Positions 12,320-23,033 of a stretch of 64,000 bases of DNA are shown here, piece by piece. Position 1 is the stretch's first letter. Each line of letters begins with the position of its first letter. Both the position numbers and the translations under genes were made by a program. Where the stretch lies: the NCBI RefSeq assembly GCF_016714285.1, contig NZ_JADJNN010000012.1:218040-282039 (forward strand), written 5' to 3'. Below the pieces are notes generated by a model that saw only the letters and a program-made list of their open reading frames with translations, was not told where the DNA came from and did not search any database. This DNA comes from Nannocystis sp. Lineage in GTDB: Bacteria; Myxococcota_A; Polyangia; Nannocystales; Nannocystaceae.

Positions 12320-12484
12320 TCACTTGCTGGCTGATTGGACATGTCCGTCACGACATGTCCGCCCAGCCATGTTGCTCAGGTCGGGCCTGTCACAGGCGCG
12401 ACCCATGGCCGAGGATCACGAGACCGGACCAAAGGTCCGGATCGCGCCGCAGGCGCGACCCAGGCCCCGGATGGGGCCGTGAAG

Positions 12485-14515
12485 CTAATTCTGGCGCTCG
12501 CGGGGCGGGGGCAGGCCGTCGAGGATGCGCTTGAACTCCGGGTGGTCCGGGATCATCTGCAGGGCCGCGGTGCAGACCTGGCGGGCCTCGTCGAAGAGGT
12601 TCGCGTCGCGCATGCAGGAGGCGAGGGCGATCACCGGCTCGACGTCGCGCGGGTTGATGGCGACCACGGCGCGCAGGTGATCGACGGCCTCGCGCGGGCG
12701 GCCGAGCTTGCGCAGGATGATGGCGAGCAGGCTGCGGACCTCGGCGTCGTTCGGGCGCAGGCGGACGGCGTCCATCAGGTGGGCGAGGGCCGCGGTGTCG
12801 CCGTCGCTGCCGCGGACGGCGAGCGCGAGCAGCAGGTGCGGCTGCCAGTAGCGGGGGTCGCGGGCGATGAGCTCGCGCAGGAACTTGGCGGCGTTCTGCT
12901 TGCCCTTCGGGTCGTCGCCGCGGACGGCGTCGATGACGGCGTCGTAGCGGTCCTCGAAGTCCTCGATGTCGAGCGCGAGCATCGAGCGGCGGGCGAAGGC
13001 GTCGTCGTCGAGGCTGCGGCGGGGCAGGGCGAGGATCTTCTCGAGGTAGGGGCGAGCGGCGAGCGGGTTGTCGCCGTCGAGGTACATGCTGGCGCCGTAG
13101 CGCAGGACGGTGGCGTTCTGCGGGTGCTTCTCGGCGGCGCGCAGGAGCATGCGGGTGGCCGACTCGAGCTTCTCCTCCTCGTGCAGGTCGAGCAGCATGT
13201 CGAGCGAGCTCTTGGCCAGCGAGGGCTGCTCGATCGCGTGGGCGAGCAGGGCCAGCGCCTCCTCCTTGTCCTCGCGGATCTTGCTGGCCTCGGTCTCGGC
13301 GGTGTCCCACAGGACGTTGGCGAGGTCGCCGTAGGCGCTGGGGACCTGGCCCTCCTCGACGGCGCGGCGCAGGAAGGGCTCGGCCTGGTCGAACTGGTCG
13401 TTCTCGATCAGCAGGCTGCCGAGCTGGGCGAACACCACCGGGCCCTCGTTGCCGTTCTCGACCACGAACTGGGCGACCTTGAAGGCGTTCTCGAGGTCGC
13501 CGGCGCTGCGCAGGGTGTCGATGAAGGTGGCCGCGACGGCCGGGTTCTGCGGGTTCAGGTTGAGCGCCTGCTGGAAGGCCTGGACGGCGCTGCCGACGTC
13601 GCCGACGCGGCGCAGCGCGAGCGCGAGGTGGTGCCACGCGCCCTGGTCGCCCTTGCGGCGCTGGGCGGCGATGTTGAGGGCCTGGATCGAGAGGGGGATC
13701 GCGCCCTGGTCCGGCTGGCCGCCGATCAGGATGTCGACCATCGCGTGCAGGGCCTGCATCGCGGCGTCCATCTCGGGCGCGCGGGCCAGGGCGTCCATCA
13801 GCGGCGAGAGCAGCTGCTCGGAGGTGGTCGGCACGCAGCGGCCCTGCAGCGCGCTGAGGTTGCCGAGGCCGACGAGGAAGGAGACGAGGGCCTGGATGTT
13901 CTCGCTGCCGAAGGCCTCCTGCCAGGTCTTGCTGGTGGCGGCGAGGCCGAGGCGGTTGGCGATGCCCTGCTGCAGCTCGAACAGCTTGGCGGGCAGCTCC
14001 TCGGGGGTGCCGGCGAAGGCCCACTGCTCGAGGGTGGTGAGCGAGGCGCCCTCGCCGGAGCCGTTGAGCTCGACCATGCGGGCGCTGACCTGCAGCTGAT
14101 CCTCTTGCACGTGCATGTCGGTGACGAGGCCGCGGCGGGCGTTGGCGAAGCGCTGGATGCCCTCGAGCGCGCGCTGGTCGGTCCACGGCTCGCGGAAGAT
14201 CATCAGCGCGGGGATCTTGCGGCCCTGCTGCTCGTGCAGGGCGGTGAACACTGGCGCGGCCGCCTTGCCGCCGGCCTCGGCAAGTTCCTGGGCCCACCAG
14301 CGCTGGATGCCCATCGCCAGGGGGGCGCCCTTGCCCTCGTTGGTGCAGGCGATCGGGAGGCAGACGAAGTCGATCGCCTGGGCCGCTTGCTGCAGCTCCG
14401 CGGGCGAACCCTCTTCTTCTTCACCCTCGCCTTCGCCGCTCTCGTCGATCATGAGCTCGCCGTCGTCGAGGGCTTCGGCGTTGTCAAAGTCGGGGTTCGT
14501 CTCGTCAGCGGACAT
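12485..14515 (-). CDS. TPR-repeat protein
   Basis: 677-aa acidic N-terminus followed by many 34-aa TPR-like helical repeats (e.g. ...AVQAFQQALNLNPQNPAVAATFIDTL...). An alternative GTG start lies at 14542. Confidence 0.75.
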   Translation of the reverse strand: MSADETNPDFDNAEALDDGELMIDESGEGEGEEEEGSPAELQQAAQAIDFVCLPIACTNEGKGAPLAMGIQRWWAQELAEAGGKAAAPVFTALHEQQGRKIPALMIFREPWTDQRALEGIQRFANARRGLVTDMHVQEDQLQVSARMVELNGSGEGASLTTLEQWAFAGTPEELPAKLFELQQGIANRLGLAATSKTWQEAFGSENIQALVSFLVGLGNLSALQGRCVPTTSEQLLSPLMDALARAPEMDAAMQALHAMVDILIGGQPDQGAIPLSIQALNIAAQRRKGDQGAWHHLALALRRVGDVGSAVQAFQQALNLNPQNPAVAATFIDTLRSAGDLENAFKVAQFVVENGNEGPVVFAQLGSLLIENDQFDQAEPFLRRAVEEGQVPSAYGDLANVLWDTAETEASKIREDKEEALALLAHAIEQPSLAKSSLDMLLDLHEEEKLESATRMLLRAAEKHPQNATVLRYGASMYLDGDNPLAARPYLEKILALPRRSLDDDAFARRSMLALDIEDFEDRYDAVIDAVRGDDPKGKQNAAKFLRELIARDPRYWQPHLLLALAVRGSDGDTAALAHLMDAVRLRPNDAEVRSLLAIILRKLGRPREAVDHLRAVVAINPRDVEPVIALASCMRDANLFDEARQVCTAALQMIPDHPEFKRILDGLPPPRERQN

Positions 14516-14592
14516 AGGCGCGAAGCCTGCCAAAGCCGGCACGAACGCGCAACCGCGGATCTGGTACGTTGGCCGCCGTGCCGCCCCGAATC

Positions 14593-16212
14593 ATGGCGAC
14601 CGCGGGAGCCAAGTCACGCCCACGGAATTGGGCCGCGCGGGCCGTGGGGACGCTGTGCTTGCTGCACCTGCCGCAGCTGCTGTCATTGGGCTGTACGCCC
14701 TCGGTCGCGGCGCGGGCGGTGTGGATCGGCAGTGCGCACGACGTCGACGGCGGTCGCACGCTGTTCGCGTACTCGGCCGGATCGTTCACCAGCAGCCACA
14801 TCGCTCCGCTCGCGGGCGAGGCCGACGCCGAGGTCGGCGAGTTGCCGCTGCTCCTCGAGCTCGAGCCGCGTGGCCGCGGTGTGCTCGTGCGGGCGGTCGA
14901 CAGCGGGTGGTTGCACGAGATCGGGACCGGCTCGACGCTGCGCGCGGGCTACGTCGACCTGGCGCATGAGCGGGTGCTGCCGCTGGCGCTGCCGTCGGGG
15001 CGCGACGCGGCCAGCTTCCTCGCCGCGGGCGACGGGCTGTGGTGGTTCGAGGACTGCCCGCGGGCGCTGGCCGTGCTGCCGCTGGCGCCGGAGCTGGTGC
15101 TCGCGCGCGAGGGCGAGGCCGGCACGGTGGCGCCGCTGCGGCACCTGCTGGACGCGAGCGCGGGCAAGCCGGCGGCGCGCGCGTGCAACCCCGGGGCGAT
15201 CGACCACGCGGTGGTCTCGGCCGCCGATGCGCCGCGCCTGTTCCTGATCGCGGCGCGCGGGACGAGCCCCGACCTGCGGGCCGAGCAGGAGGCGACGATC
15301 GAGCTGTGGCAGGTGCCACGCGGCGACGGTGCGGCCCAGCTGCAGCGCGTCGTGCAGGGCAGCTTGCCGGCGGGGCATGTGCCGGTGCGCCTGCCGGGCC
15401 TGCAGTGCAGTGGGGGTCCGGCGTGTCCGATCGCGGCGGTCGACCCCGACGGGATGGGGCTGACCTTGTCGGTGTACGGCGCGGGCTGCCGGCTGCTGCG
15501 CTTCGACGCGGCCAGCGGCGCGGCCAGCTGCGCGGTCGCTGACGACGCGCCGGCCGAGCTCGCGGCGGCGCGGATGGTCGCGGCGATCTCGAGCGATCAC
15601 TACGTGTTTCACGACGGGCTCACGCTGCTGCTCCACGACTGGCGCACGGGCAAACGGGTGCTCCGCACGTTGCCGGGCGACCCGGACGACGCCTTCGTGC
15701 GCGTCACCCAGGACGGGCGCGCCGTGGTGCTCGGCTCGAGCCGGGGGCCAGTGCTGCGGGGCGACGCGCAGGGCCTCGACATCCTGAACCTCGAGCAGGG
15801 CCTGTGTCCGAACCCGCAGCCGCCGGTGCTGAGCCCGTCGGGGGCCTTCGTCGCGTGGACCTGTACGATCAGCCCGCCGGAGGACGGGACGCTGGTCAAC
15901 GAGGACGAGCCCAGCGCGGACGCGCTGTCGCTGGGCGACGTGATCCGGGTGTCGGGCGCGGGGCTCGAGCGCTACCAGGGCGTGCCGATGTGGGCCCTGG
16001 CGATCGACGACAGCGGCGACCTGCTGATCCACAGCCGCAAGAACCCGCGCCTCGATCACGAGACCCTGCTGCCGCCCGATCCGCCGCGCAACCTCTACGT
16101 GCTGGCCCGCGACGGCGAGCTGGCCCGGATCGACGGCCTCGAGCCCGACCCGGAGCAGAGCGTCGGCCTGGCCCAGGACAGCTACCAGTGGATCGCCGCG
16201 CAGGCGCTGTGA
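14593..16212 (+). CDS. hypothetical lipoprotein
   Basis: Signal peptide with lipobox LLSLGC. 540-aa ORF of balanced composition. The overlapping minus ORF is Arg-rich antisense. Confidence 0.5.
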   Translation: MATAGAKSRPRNWAARAVGTLCLLHLPQLLSLGCTPSVAARAVWIGSAHDVDGGRTLFAYSAGSFTSSHIAPLAGEADAEVGELPLLLELEPRGRGVLVRAVDSGWLHEIGTGSTLRAGYVDLAHERVLPLALPSGRDAASFLAAGDGLWWFEDCPRALAVLPLAPELVLAREGEAGTVAPLRHLLDASAGKPAARACNPGAIDHAVVSAADAPRLFLIAARGTSPDLRAEQEATIELWQVPRGDGAAQLQRVVQGSLPAGHVPVRLPGLQCSGGPACPIAAVDPDGMGLTLSVYGAGCRLLRFDAASGAASCAVADDAPAELAAARMVAAISSDHYVFHDGLTLLLHDWRTGKRVLRTLPGDPDDAFVRVTQDGRAVVLGSSRGPVLRGDAQGLDILNLEQGLCPNPQPPVLSPSGAFVAWTCTISPPEDGTLVNEDEPSADALSLGDVIRVSGAGLERYQGVPMWALAIDDSGDLLIHSRKNPRLDHETLLPPDPPRNLYVLARDGELARIDGLEPDPEQSVGLAQDSYQWIAAQAL

Positions 16213-16225
16213 GGGGCAGATGGCC

Positions 16226-17635
16226 TCACGGGGCGGCCGCGTTGGCGCGCGTCAGCATCGCGTCGGCGAGCGACCTGAGCATGCGCAGGTAGATGACCAG
16301 GATCGTGATCGCGGCGGCGAGCAGGCTGAAGGCGACGCCCATGAACAGCAGCAGCGCGGTGTTGCGGTGGAGGCGTAGTTCGGGGGTGAGGTCGTGGGCC
16401 GCGAGGTAGTAGGCGCCGAGGCCGAGGCCGACGATGGTGGCGAAGGCGATGAGCAGGGCGTCGCAGCGGGCCCGCGCGGCGTCGGCCTGCGCGGCGCGGG
16501 CGAGGCCGCGAAAGCTCAGCAGCAGCACGACGGTGGCGACGAGGGCGAGCAGCTGAGTGCCGCCGGTGAGACCGCCGAGGTTGAGGTCGCGCAGGGCGTT
16601 GCGGTCGCCGTCGCCGAGGACGAAGCCGGCGATCGGGAGCAGGGCGGCGCACTCGGCCGCGAGCCCGAGGGCCATGAGTTGCACGCCGAGGCCGAGGCGG
16701 GCGCGAGCGACCGGGACATCGGTGACGCGGACGAGGGCGGCGATCTGGACCAGCCCGATCAGCGGTCCGACCGCGCCGAGCAGGGCGAGGCCGCCGAGCG
16801 TGACCCGCGGCGAGAAGCCGCTGTAGCGGGCGAGAAACACGAACGCGGCGGTGCAGACGACAAGGAGCACGCGCAGGGCGGTGGCGTCGCGGTAGCGCTC
16901 GATGCCAGCGGCGGCGCGACGCCAGGCGTTCGCGGGCGGGCCGGGCTCGGCGCGGGCGGCGTGGCGGAGGAGGCCGACGACGATCGCCGCGGTGCCCGCG
17001 CCGAGGATCAGCGGCAGGGCGTCGCGGATGGTGAACGGCGGGGGCGTGCCCTGTGCGAACGCGGGGAGGTCGGTCATCCAGGCGAGCGGGTAGGCGAGGA
17101 GGGCGAGCGTGGCGACGAGCGACCAGATCGGCACGCGAGGCCGGCGCGCGCCCTGCCCTCGCTCGCCGCGGAGGAGGGCGGCGATCAGCAGGCCGAAGCC
17201 GCCGAGGCGCAGGGCGAGGCCGCCGAGCAGAAACAGCTGCGCCGACGCCTGGCGATCGGCGGGCGCCATGTTCGGGTCGCCCCACGCGAACATCAGGGCG
17301 AACGCGGCGGCCCGCGCGGCGTCGAGGGCGAGGAGTACACCTGCCCCGAGGGACAGGTGATGGGTCAGGCGATCCGCGGTGGCCCGGCCCAGGCGGCTGG
17401 CGCCGACGAGCACGAAGCTGACGAGCAGCAGCTCGCCGCCGAGCTCGGCGTGGGCGGCCGCGTCGAGCGCGGCGAACAGCGACTCGCGCTGGTCGTCGGG
17501 GATCTCCAGCAGCGCGAAGCCGCGGATCGCCCGCTGCCGGGCCCACAGCACGACCAGCCCGAATAGCGCCGAGCTGGCGAGGGCGAGGGCGAGGAGGCGG
17601 GCGCCGAACGGCGTGTCCTGGCGGGGGTCGGACAT
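16226..17635 (-). CDS. polytopic integral membrane protein, function unknown
   Basis: 469 aa with at least 10 hydrophobic helices; convergent with the previous gene (stops 14 nt apart). Confidence 0.5.
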   Translation of the reverse strand: MSDPRQDTPFGARLLALALASSALFGLVVLWARQRAIRGFALLEIPDDQRESLFAALDAAAHAELGGELLLVSFVLVGASRLGRATADRLTHHLSLGAGVLLALDAARAAAFALMFAWGDPNMAPADRQASAQLFLLGGLALRLGGFGLLIAALLRGERGQGARRPRVPIWSLVATLALLAYPLAWMTDLPAFAQGTPPPFTIRDALPLILGAGTAAIVVGLLRHAARAEPGPPANAWRRAAAGIERYRDATALRVLLVVCTAAFVFLARYSGFSPRVTLGGLALLGAVGPLIGLVQIAALVRVTDVPVARARLGLGVQLMALGLAAECAALLPIAGFVLGDGDRNALRDLNLGGLTGGTQLLALVATVVLLLSFRGLARAAQADAARARCDALLIAFATIVGLGLGAYYLAAHDLTPELRLHRNTALLLFMGVAFSLLAAAITILVIYLRMLRSLADAMLTRANAAAP

Positions 17636-17657
17636 CTTGGGGCTCAGGGTGCTGGGC

Positions 17658-17771
17658 TCAGGCGCGGCCGGCGAGGGCGGTGATGCGGTCCATCAGGCGC
17701 GGCCGGCGAGGGCGGTGATGCGGTCCGATCAGGCGCGGCCGGCGAGTACGGCGACGCGGTCCATCAGGCGC
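17658..17771. repeat. 35-36-nt tandem triplication of the kynU 3' end including its stop codon
   Basis: tcaggcgcggccggcgag(g/t)(g/a)cgg(t/c)ga(t/c)gcggtcc(g)a x3 plus a partial 4th copy. Each copy on the minus strand encodes ...MDR(I/V)(T/A)(A/V)LAGRA-stop. Confidence 0.85.
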
Positions 17772-18898
17772 TGGACCTCGGCCTCGGTGTTGTAGAAGTG
17801 GGGGCCGAGGCGCAGGCCGCAGTTGGGGCGCCAGTCGAGCTTGAAGCGCTCCGCGATCAGCTGTTTGCTGGCGGCCTCGCTGGAGGGGAAGTCGACGGCG
17901 ACGAAGCCGGTGCGCTGGTCGTCGGCGAGGGGCGAGTGGACGGTGAGGCCGCGGGCCTGGGCGCGCTCGATGATGATGTGCGCGAGGGCGAGGTTGTGGG
18001 CCCGGATGCGATCGAGGCCGATCGCGTGGAGGTTCTCGTAGGCGGCGCGGGCGACGTAGTAGGCGGGCATCGAGGGGGTGCCGGCGAGGAAGTGGCGGTG
18101 GTCGCTGGCGTAGCGGATCGGCGGGGCCTCGAAGTTGAAGGGGTCAGCGTGGCCCATCCAGCCGGTCAGGCGCGGCCGCATGCGCTCGCGCAGCGCGGGC
18201 TTCATCCACATGAAGGCGGTGCCCGGGCCGCCGCACAGCCACTTGTGACTGCCGCCGACGACGAGGTCGGCGTCCCACTCGTGCACGTCGATCGGCATGA
18301 CGCCGACGGTCTGATAGACGTCGACCATGACGAGCGCGCCGACCTCGTGGGCGCGGGCGCAGATCGCCTTGACGTCCTGCAGCGCCCCGGAGACGTAGAT
18401 GCCGTGGGAGATCGGGACGATCGCGGTGCGCTCGTCGATCGCGGCGAGCATGCGCTCCAACGGGATCGTCATGCCGTCGTCGGAGGGGACCAGGTGGAGG
18501 TCGGCCCCAAGCTCGCGGTAGCGGTCCCACACGTAGAGCACGTTGGGGAACTGCAGGGCCTCGACGACGACCTTGTTTCGGGGGCCGGAGAAGTCGAGGG
18601 CGCTGGCGACGGCGGCCTGAAAGTAGGCGACGTTCTGATTGAGGATCGTCTGGCCGGCGGGGGCGCCGAGGAAGCGGGCCGCGCTGTCGGCGGTGGCCTG
18701 CAGCACGTCGAACCAGTGCGGCCAGACCTCGACGCCCTCGCGGGCCCAGTCGGCGGCGTACTGGGCGAGCGCGGCGACGGCCTGTCGCGGCATGGCGCCC
18801 ATGCTGTTGCTGTTCATGTAGGTCGTGTCGGCGAGGATCGGGTAGTCCTCGCGGTAGCGGGCCAGATCGGGCTGAAATTGCGGGCGGATCGCGGTCAT
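17729..18898 (-). CDS. kynU: kynureninase
   Basis: 389 aa, ...ILADTTYMNSNSMGAMPRQ...VPISHGIYVSGALQDV...VVGGSHKWLCGGPG..., aligning along its length with bacterial kynureninase. Its ATG overlaps the upstream stop (ATGA). Confidence 0.9.
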   Translation of the reverse strand: MTAIRPQFQPDLARYREDYPILADTTYMNSNSMGAMPRQAVAALAQYAADWAREGVEVWPHWFDVLQATADSAARFLGAPAGQTILNQNVAYFQAAVASALDFSGPRNKVVVEALQFPNVLYVWDRYRELGADLHLVPSDDGMTIPLERMLAAIDERTAIVPISHGIYVSGALQDVKAICARAHEVGALVMVDVYQTVGVMPIDVHEWDADLVVGGSHKWLCGGPGTAFMWMKPALRERMRPRLTGWMGHADPFNFEAPPIRYASDHRHFLAGTPSMPAYYVARAAYENLHAIGLDRIRAHNLALAHIIIERAQARGLTVHSPLADDQRTGFVAVDFPSSEAASKQLIAERFKLDWRPNCGLRLGPHFYNTEAEVQRLMDRVAVLAGRA

Positions 18899-20040
18899 GG
18901 CTGGGCTGCTCCGGAGGACATGTCCCTGGGGACAGGAGATGAGGGGCGGGCGGCGCGGGCCTCGTAGGGGGCGAAGGGTTCGACGCTGACGCGGCGGCGG
19001 TTGAGCTCCTTGAGCTCGTCCGCGGTGTAGGCGCGGGCGCTGCCGCGGGGCAGCTGGCGGCGGATGAAGCCCTCGATGGTGCGGCGGGCCTTCTCGGCGG
19101 CGGCGAGGCGGGCCTCGTCGATCGCCGAGACGGCCTCGGCCGGGAGCTCGCCGCCGCTGCCGGGCAGGCCGGCGAGCATGCGCTCGTCGCACTCGTCCCA
19201 GCGCTGGAACAGGATCGCGCGGCGTTCGACGAGGCTGCGGCTGGCGTCGGTGGTGAGGCCGAGCAGCTCCTGGCCGAGCTCGGCGAGGCGGGTCTCGAGC
19301 AGCTGGCGGGTGAAGGCGACGGCGATCTGGATGCGCAGCTCGCGGGTCTGGTTGAGGAAGGCCGTCTTGGCCGCGGCGTCGAACTCCTGGCCGGACAGCG
19401 CGAGCAGCCACTCGGTCGGGCCGGTGACGGCCATGCCGACGCCGCCGATGCCGCTCGGGCCGAAGGTCCGCAGGGCCGCGCCCGAGCCGCGCATGCGCTT
19501 GCCGTGCTGGTCGCGGCCCCAGCGGTCGCCGAAGCGCACCGAGCCGTCGCGGTTGACGGCGGCGGTGAAGCGCTTGCCGGGGTCGACGAAGAGCACGCTG
19601 CCGTCGCGCTGACGGGTCAGGCCGAGGCCGCCGCGCGAGGCCTCGGGGTCGCCGGGCGGGGCCTCGGCGAGCCAGGGGCGGGCGGTCTCGATGCGCGCGC
19701 CGCCGGGGTCGGGCGGCAGCGCTGGGCCCTCCGGGGTCGGCTTGGAGCTGGCCTTTGGGGCAGGTGAAGCTGGGCCCTCCGGGGTCGGCTTGGAGCTGGC
19801 CTTTGGGGCAGGTGAAGCTGGGCCCTCCGGGGTCGGCTTGGAGCTGGCCTTTGGGGCAGGTGAAGCTGGGCCCTCGGGGGTCGGCGCGGGGCTGGCCTTT
19901 GGGGCAGGCGACGCTGGCGGGGCCGGGCCCTCGGGGGTCGCGGCTTTGGAGCTGGCCTTTGGGGCAGGTGACGCGGCGGACGCGGACGCGCTCGCGCTGG
20001 TGAGCGCGAGCGCGAGGCCGACGGGGAGCCAGCGGCGCAC
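18895..20040 (-). CDS. secreted protein with 5 tandem 16-aa repeats (PAPKASSKPTPEGPAS) and a C-terminal domain of unknown function; translationally coupled to kynU
   Basis: Signal peptide MRRWLPVGLALALTSASASA; 48-nt coding repeats at about 19700-19990; stop overlaps the kynU start. Confidence 0.6.
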   Translation of the reverse strand: MRRWLPVGLALALTSASASASAASPAPKASSKAATPEGPAPPASPAPKASPAPTPEGPASPAPKASSKPTPEGPASPAPKASSKPTPEGPASPAPKASSKPTPEGPALPPDPGGARIETARPWLAEAPPGDPEASRGGLGLTRQRDGSVLFVDPGKRFTAAVNRDGSVRFGDRWGRDQHGKRMRGSGAALRTFGPSGIGGVGMAVTGPTEWLLALSGQEFDAAAKTAFLNQTRELRIQIAVAFTRQLLETRLAELGQELLGLTTDASRSLVERRAILFQRWDECDERMLAGLPGSGGELPAEAVSAIDEARLAAAEKARRTIEGFIRRQLPRGSARAYTADELKELNRRRVSVEPFAPYEARAARPSSPVPRDMSSGAAQP

Positions 20041-20049
20041 CTGCGTGTC

Positions 20050-20448
20050 TCAGCCGTTCTCGGCGACGTGCCGGATGTACTGCTCCGCGCTGAGCAGGTC
20101 GCCCAGGGCGGCGGGGTCGCTCGGGCGGACCTTGAGCATCCAGCCGACGCCGTAGGGCTCGGCGTTGACGGCCTCGGGCGAGTCGTTCAGGTGCTCGTTG
20201 ACCGCGACGACGGTGCCGGAGATCGGCGCGAACAGCTCCGAGACGGCCTTGACCGAGTCGACGTCGCCGAAGCGCTCGCCCGCGGTGACGCTGGCGCCGA
20301 CGGCGGGGAGCGAGACCATGGTGATGTCGCCGAGCTGGTCGACCGCGTGGGTGGTGATCCCGATGGTGACCGTGCCGTTGGCCTCGGCGCGGGCCCACTC
20401 GTGATCCTTGGTGTAACGCAGGTTGTTGGGGATGCTGCTCTCGGACAT
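20050..20448 (-). CDS. gcvH: glycine cleavage system H protein
   Basis: 132 aa with the lipoyl-lysine motif ...VDSVKAVSELFAPISG... and the typical length. Confidence 0.92.
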   Translation of the reverse strand: MSESSIPNNLRYTKDHEWARAEANGTVTIGITTHAVDQLGDITMVSLPAVGASVTAGERFGDVDSVKAVSELFAPISGTVVAVNEHLNDSPEAVNAEPYGVGWMLKVRPSDPAALGDLLSAEQYIRHVAENG

Positions 20449-20523
20449 GACGGGGTCCCTGGTGGGCCTGATGGTGGTTGGCTGGCTGGCGCTCGGGCCA
20501 GGTACTTACGGACAGGTTGTTGC

Positions 20524-20585
20524 GGCCAGGTGCTACGGCCAAATGCTACGGCCAAATGCTACGGCCAAATGCTGCGGCCAGACGG
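20524..20585. repeat. 13-nt tandem repeat (ggccaaatgctac) x4.5 in the gcvT-gcvH intergenic region
   Basis: ggccaggtgctac ggccaaatgctac ggccaaatgctac ggccaaatgctgc ggccagacgg, 76-137 nt upstream of the gcvH start. Confidence 0.85.
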
Positions 20586-20586
20586 T

Positions 20587-21693
<1,107 letters not shown>

Positions 21694-21833
21694 ACCGTAC
21701 CCACGAATAGCCAATCTCGACCCCCGCGGGCAAGGGCACGTGCTACACATGCCCGGCGATGTCGACCTCGGTGAGCGCACGCAGCAGCAGTTCGCCAGGG
21801 GCCACAAAGGTGGCCACGAGTGTGGCCGCGCGA

Positions 21834-22949
21834 ATGGCGCGAGGGGGCCTGCTGGTGCATTTGCTGCCCCTGGTGGCGGGTGCGCTGCTGTTGGGCGGCA
21901 TGGGCGGCTGCAGCGGCAAGGGGCGCCGCGACGAGGTGGTGCCGCCGACGGGGATGAACACGCAGTCGCAGATCCGGCGCTATGTCGACAAGGCGGTGCG
22001 ACGCTCGAGCGAGGGCGTGATCCTCATGCCGTCGAAGAAGGCCGACACCCTCTTCGATCGCACGCGGCTCAACGAGATCGCCCAGAGCCTGCGGGTGCCT
22101 GCGGCGCTGTGCTTCGTCAACCGGGCGATCGAGACGATGAAGCTCGGGCAGCAGGACGGCGAGACGACCTTCCTCGGCGTGCCCGAGGGCCAGATCCGCA
22201 TCCGCACGCGCATCAACCCGGCCGGCGAGGTGCTCCGCACCGAGATCGTCGAGACCGGCTTCCAGGACGAGTCGATGTACGCGTGCCTCAGCAAGGCGAT
22301 CAAGGCGATTCGCTGGACCACCAACAAGAGCGGGGTGGTCCAGTTCATCGACGTGATCTACTGGGTCAGCCTCGGCTACCAGGCCGAGGACCACTCGGAC
22401 GAGGCCCTGCTGCTGCTGCGCAAGCAGCAGGCGATCGCGGCCGAGAAGGCGCGCGGCTGCCTGGTCAACCGGGTCTCGGCCGGGCGCTACCAGGTCCAGG
22501 GGCTGTCGCTGATGGACCGCGACGGCCGCACGCTGGTCAACCGCGTCGAGCCGGGGGTGCTGCCCGAGAACGTCGGCGAGTGCGTGGCGATCGTGTTTCG
22601 TGACATCCGTATGCAGCCGGTCAAGGAGGCGTTCGTGCGGCCGTTCACGCCGCGCGCGGACTTCGTGGTCGCGACCGACGGGACCGTGAACTTCACCGAC
22701 GAGCGCTGGCTCGCCGTGCTCAAGCTCGAGGAAGAGGCGATGCGCGAGGCCCGGCTCGCCGAGCTGGCCGGCGACGACCCGGTGACGCAGGTCGATGAGG
22801 GCGAGGCGCGGCCAGGCCCGGGCACGCCGCGGCCGTCGCAGGTGGCGGGCACCAGCGGCGCCTCGACCCCGGAGGCGACCCGCGCTGACCCGGCCGCGGG
22901 CGGGCAGAAGCTCAAGCTCGGCGGGATGCGCAAGAAGCCGCCGGGCTGA
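21834..22949 (+). CDS. hypothetical lipoprotein
   Basis: [28 protein letters not shown] signal/lipobox. 370-aa ORF with balanced composition and an acidic, Pro-rich tail. Confidence 0.55.
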   Translation: MARGGLLVHLLPLVAGALLLGGMGGCSGKGRRDEVVPPTGMNTQSQIRRYVDKAVRRSSEGVILMPSKKADTLFDRTRLNEIAQSLRVPAALCFVNRAIETMKLGQQDGETTFLGVPEGQIRIRTRINPAGEVLRTEIVETGFQDESMYACLSKAIKAIRWTTNKSGVVQFIDVIYWVSLGYQAEDHSDEALLLLRKQQAIAAEKARGCLVNRVSAGRYQVQGLSLMDRDGRTLVNRVEPGVLPENVGECVAIVFRDIRMQPVKEAFVRPFTPRADFVVATDGTVNFTDERWLAVLKLEEEAMREARLAELAGDDPVTQVDEGEARPGPGTPRPSQVAGTSGASTPEATRADPAAGGQKLKLGGMRKKPPG

Positions 22950-23033
22950 GCTGCTGCGGCCTCAGGGCCCGTGGGCAGGGTTCGTGTGCGGGGCCCGTTC
23001 GCGGTCCGTTTGCGTTCGCGGCCCGGCGCTCGT

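Noticed and set aside
12335-15247. 970-aa plus ORF and 635-aa minus ORF overlapping the TPR gene
   Set aside because: Low-complexity Gly/Arg/Ala frames; the TPR protein on the minus strand has coherent helical repeat structure.
21694-21833. Possible glycine riboswitch upstream of gcvT
   Set aside because: The reverse complement of the gcvT leader lacks the conserved GGAGAG...CACCG/ACCGAAGGGGCAA cores. There is only a vague caccgagg and it cannot be supported.
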